This document shows, piece after piece, positions 46,222-48,122 of a stretch of 48,122 bases of DNA (position 1 is its first letter; every line of letters starts with the position of its first letter). Position numbers and translations under genes: made by a program. The notes under the pieces are model-generated. The model was not told the DNA's origin, did not search any database, and saw nothing but the letters and a program-made list of their open reading frames with translations. Source of the stretch: Gemmatimonadales bacterium. GTDB lineage: Bacteria > Gemmatimonadota > Gemmatimonadetes > Gemmatimonadales > GWC2-71-9. The stretch is taken from assembly GCA_045803515.1 (NCBI GenBank), contig JBJMOX010000356.1, positions 1 through 48,122 of the forward strand, written 5' to 3'.

Positions 46222-46923
46222 ATGTCCAAACAGATCGGCCGGGCCGCATGGGCGGGGGGTAAAGTCCGGGAGTCCTGGTGGGAACAGGTAGGGGTGGGCG
46301 TGATTACCGCCATCGCCTACTACGTCGAGGGCATGAGCCAAGAGTTGGCTGCAATCGGCGTGGGCGTAGCGGCTGGCCTTGGATGGACCCTGGTTCGCTT
46401 CGGATGGCATTTCTCGCGTGCCCGGATCGTTCAAGAGCGGGCAGACTCAGCTCGCCTCCGCGAAATGGAAGAGCAGGCCCCGCGCATCAATGTGCAGCCA
46501 GAGCGCGCGCACCTCGTTGTGAGAAACGACGGGGCCACCGCTAGCTTTTGGGCGCAGCTTCGCATCGTGGAGCGACACAACTTTCCCAGCCCGATCCGGG
46601 AAAGCTATGACGGTTTTTGGGAGCAGTCTCTTGGCCGGAGGAGATAATACCGCACTGCCTAGAGCGGCGCTTATGGTTGGGCGAGGTGCGGATTCACAAC
46701 TCCGATTTGATGGCCCTGGTACTGTACCATTACAGCCCGCACATCAGTGGCCGCGACGAGACACGTTCGCCCTACCTGGGTGACTGCCGAACCACCGCAA
46801 CCCAAGCCATGGCTACGCATTGAGGTCACCTTCACCTCCCGGCCCCCAATGTTGGAGCGAACTTGGACACGCCGGTATGATCTTACCACCGACGGGATTT
46901 CCGAGGCCGGGTCGGCAAGCTAA
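46222..46923 (+). pseudogene. membrane-anchored hypothetical gene, apparently broken by two frameshifts
   Basis: Frame 1 ORF 46222-46647 (141 aa, 2 TM) continues plausibly in ORF 46617-46823 of another frame. It then returns to frame 1 (..PWLRIEVTFTSRPPMLERTWTRRYDLTTDG..) up to TAA 46921-46923. Confidence 0.35.
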
Positions 46924-46931
46924 CTTGAGGT

Positions 46932-47108
46932 ATGCCCAAACGCCCCCGCAAGCCCAAGCGTGAGGATTTCAACGAGGCGGCTTTCCGCGTTGTACGGGAA
47001 GCCACGGAGGGCCATGAGCCGGGCCGCATCCCGCCTCAGCCGGCCGATCAGCCGGGTACTTGGACCGCACCGACCGAAGAAGAGACTCCCCCTTCCAAGA
47101 CCCCCTAG
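46932..47108 (+). CDS. possible 58-aa basic protein
   Basis: Own translation: MPKRPRKPKREDFNEAAFRVVREATEGHEPGRIPPQPADQPGTWTAPTEEETPPSKTP. Below the ORF-track length cut-off. Overlaps the antisense ORF 46969-47265. Confidence 0.25.
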   Translation: MPKRPRKPKREDFNEAAFRVVREATEGHEPGRIPPQPADQPGTWTAPTEEETPPSKTP

Positions 47109-47241
47109 TCGCGATTAGAAGCGTATCATCCCACCGTGGTAGCGCCTTGTTCAGGTGCTTCTCAAAAGTCTCGTAATCCGGTGAAACCTTCATCAGCGCG
47201 ACCACGGAGGCGAGGTGTTCCCGCAGCCTGGGATGCTCCAT
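46969..47241 (-). CDS. possible hypothetical protein (mutually exclusive with 46932-47108)
   Basis: ATG 47241: MEHPRLREHLASVVALMKVSPDYETFEKHLNKALPRWDD... The C-terminal half is antisense to the + strand ORF. Confidence 0.25.
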   Translation of the reverse strand: MEHPRLREHLASVVALMKVSPDYETFEKHLNKALPRWDDTLLIATRGSWKGESLLRSVRSKYPADRPAEAGCGPAHGPPWLPVQRGKPPR

Positions 47242-47261
47242 GTCATCGGTGAGACCCAAGG

Positions 47262-47272
47262 CCAACCGATTG
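47262..47272. repeat. right copy of 11-bp direct repeat CCAACCGATTG
   Basis: Read directly. Lies 133 nt upstream of the rpsA ATG. Confidence 0.6.
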
Positions 47273-47404
47273 TCCCGCCTTGCGTTGCCACCAGGCCCGT
47301 GTTATCCTCTAAGGCTTCCTGCGCTGGCACTCCGGCTGGCCAGGCACTCACATTTCTCACCCGCGGCTCCCTTCGGCGCGGTGAACAAAGGATCTCACCC
47401 ACGC

Positions 47405-48122
47405 ATGCTCGATCAACTTCAACCCTCTGTCGATCAATTCACCTCGCCCACCGGCCTCCGCGTTCGGCAAGACCTCTACGACGAAGACTACTCCGACGAA
47501 GACTACGAGAAGATGCTCTCGATGTACGAGGGCACCATGGCGCAGATCGTCGAGGGTGAGATCGTCAAGTCGAAGGTCCTCAGGGTCACCGATAACGCGG
47601 TCATTCTCGACGTCGGCTTCAAGTCCGAGGGCTCGGTCCCCCTCGACGAGTTCAAGGATCCCCAGTCCCTCAAGGAAGGCGATGAGGTCGAAGTCTTCCT
47701 CGAGCACCTGGAGGATCAGGAGGGGGCGGTGGTCCTCTCCAAGAAGAAGGCCGACTTCATGCGGGTCTGGGAAAAGATCCGCGTGGCTCACGAGAGCGAC
47801 CAGCCGGTCGAAGGCACCCTGGTCAAGAAGATCAAGGGCGGCGTGGTGGTGAACCTGATGGGCGTGGACGCGTTCCTTCCGGGCAGCCAGATCGCGCTCC
47901 GGCGGGTGCCCAACATCGACGAGCTGCTGGGCCAGACCTACGAGTTCAAGATCATCAAGCTGAACAAGCGGCGGCGGAACATCGTGGTGAGCCGCCGGGT
48001 CATCCTGGAGAACGAGCGGGCCCACAAGCGCGAGCACCTGATGAAGGAGCTCGCCGTCGGCCAGGTGCGGAAGGGCGTGGTCAAGAACATCACCGACTTC
48101 GGCGCCTTCATCGACCTCGGCG
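47405..48122 (+). CDS. rpsA: 30S ribosomal protein S1 (partial, continues beyond window)
   Basis: Own translation from ATG 47405: ..MAQIVEGEIVKSKVLRVTDNAVILDVGFKSEG..GGVVVNLMGVDAFLPGSQ..VKNITDFGAFIDLG. Successive S1 domains. No stop before the window end, so it is absent from the ORF track. Confidence 0.95.
   Translation, partial: MLDQLQPSVDQFTSPTGLRVRQDLYDEDYSDEDYEKMLSMYEGTMAQIVEGEIVKSKVLRVTDNAVILDVGFKSEGSVPLDEFKDPQSLKEGDEVEVFLEHLEDQEGAVVLSKKKADFMRVWEKIRVAHESDQPVEGTLVKKIKGGVVVNLMGVDAFLPGSQIALRRVPNIDELLGQTYEFKIIKLNKRRRNIVVSRRVILENERAHKREHLMKELAVGQVRKGVVKNITDFGAFIDLG

Larger units (their letters stand above)
46127..47272. mobile_element. putative inserted-element remnant (lower-GC island between cmk and rpsA)
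   Basis: Sampled lines are 52-63% GC versus 65-80% in the flanks. Bounded by an exact 11-bp direct repeat. No integrase or transposase is visible. Confidence 0.3.

Overview
A 48.1-kb chromosomal segment from a very high-GC bacterium. Sampled 60-nt lines are about 65-80% GC and codons are strongly GC3-biased. The many DinB, GNAT and small DUF proteins resemble soil Gemmatimonadota/Acidobacteriota-type genomes, but taxonomy cannot be proven from this window. I support about 85 tightly packed genes, many with 4-nt ATGA/GTGA start-stop overlaps. I found no rRNA, tRNA or CRISPR array.

Recognisable content, in order:
- rpiB, an arginase-fold enzyme, and an Fcy1-type cytosine deaminase.
- A long same-strand run of small stress/detoxification genes (8.7-21.8 kb).
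- A cold-shock gene with a bidirectional terminator.
- A TetR-HlyD-ABC-ABC2 efflux operon.
- glgX overlapping a PPK2 gene.
- tyrA-aroA-cmk followed by rpsA (partial at the window end).

Most interesting observations:
1. A minus-strand module (39.5-43.2 kb) encodes a GspE/PilB-type ATPase fused to a C-terminal receiver domain. It also encodes a stand-alone CheY-like receiver, a bitopic membrane protein and a type IV pilin-like protein. No platform protein, prepilin peptidase or secretin is nearby.
2. A ~1.15-kb lower-GC insertion sits between cmk and rpsA. It is bracketed by an exact 11-bp direct repeat and contains a frame-broken gene.
3. A small protein family of unknown function occurs twice in the window (7104-7352 and 25042-25260).
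4. Local gene decay around 10.5-11.4 kb: an SDR gene that is too short and frameshifted, plus a start-less lipoprotein-like ORF.
5. Several translationally coupled operons consist only of unknown small proteins.

The many very long ORFs antisense or out of frame to real genes are typical high-GC shadow ORFs and were rejected.
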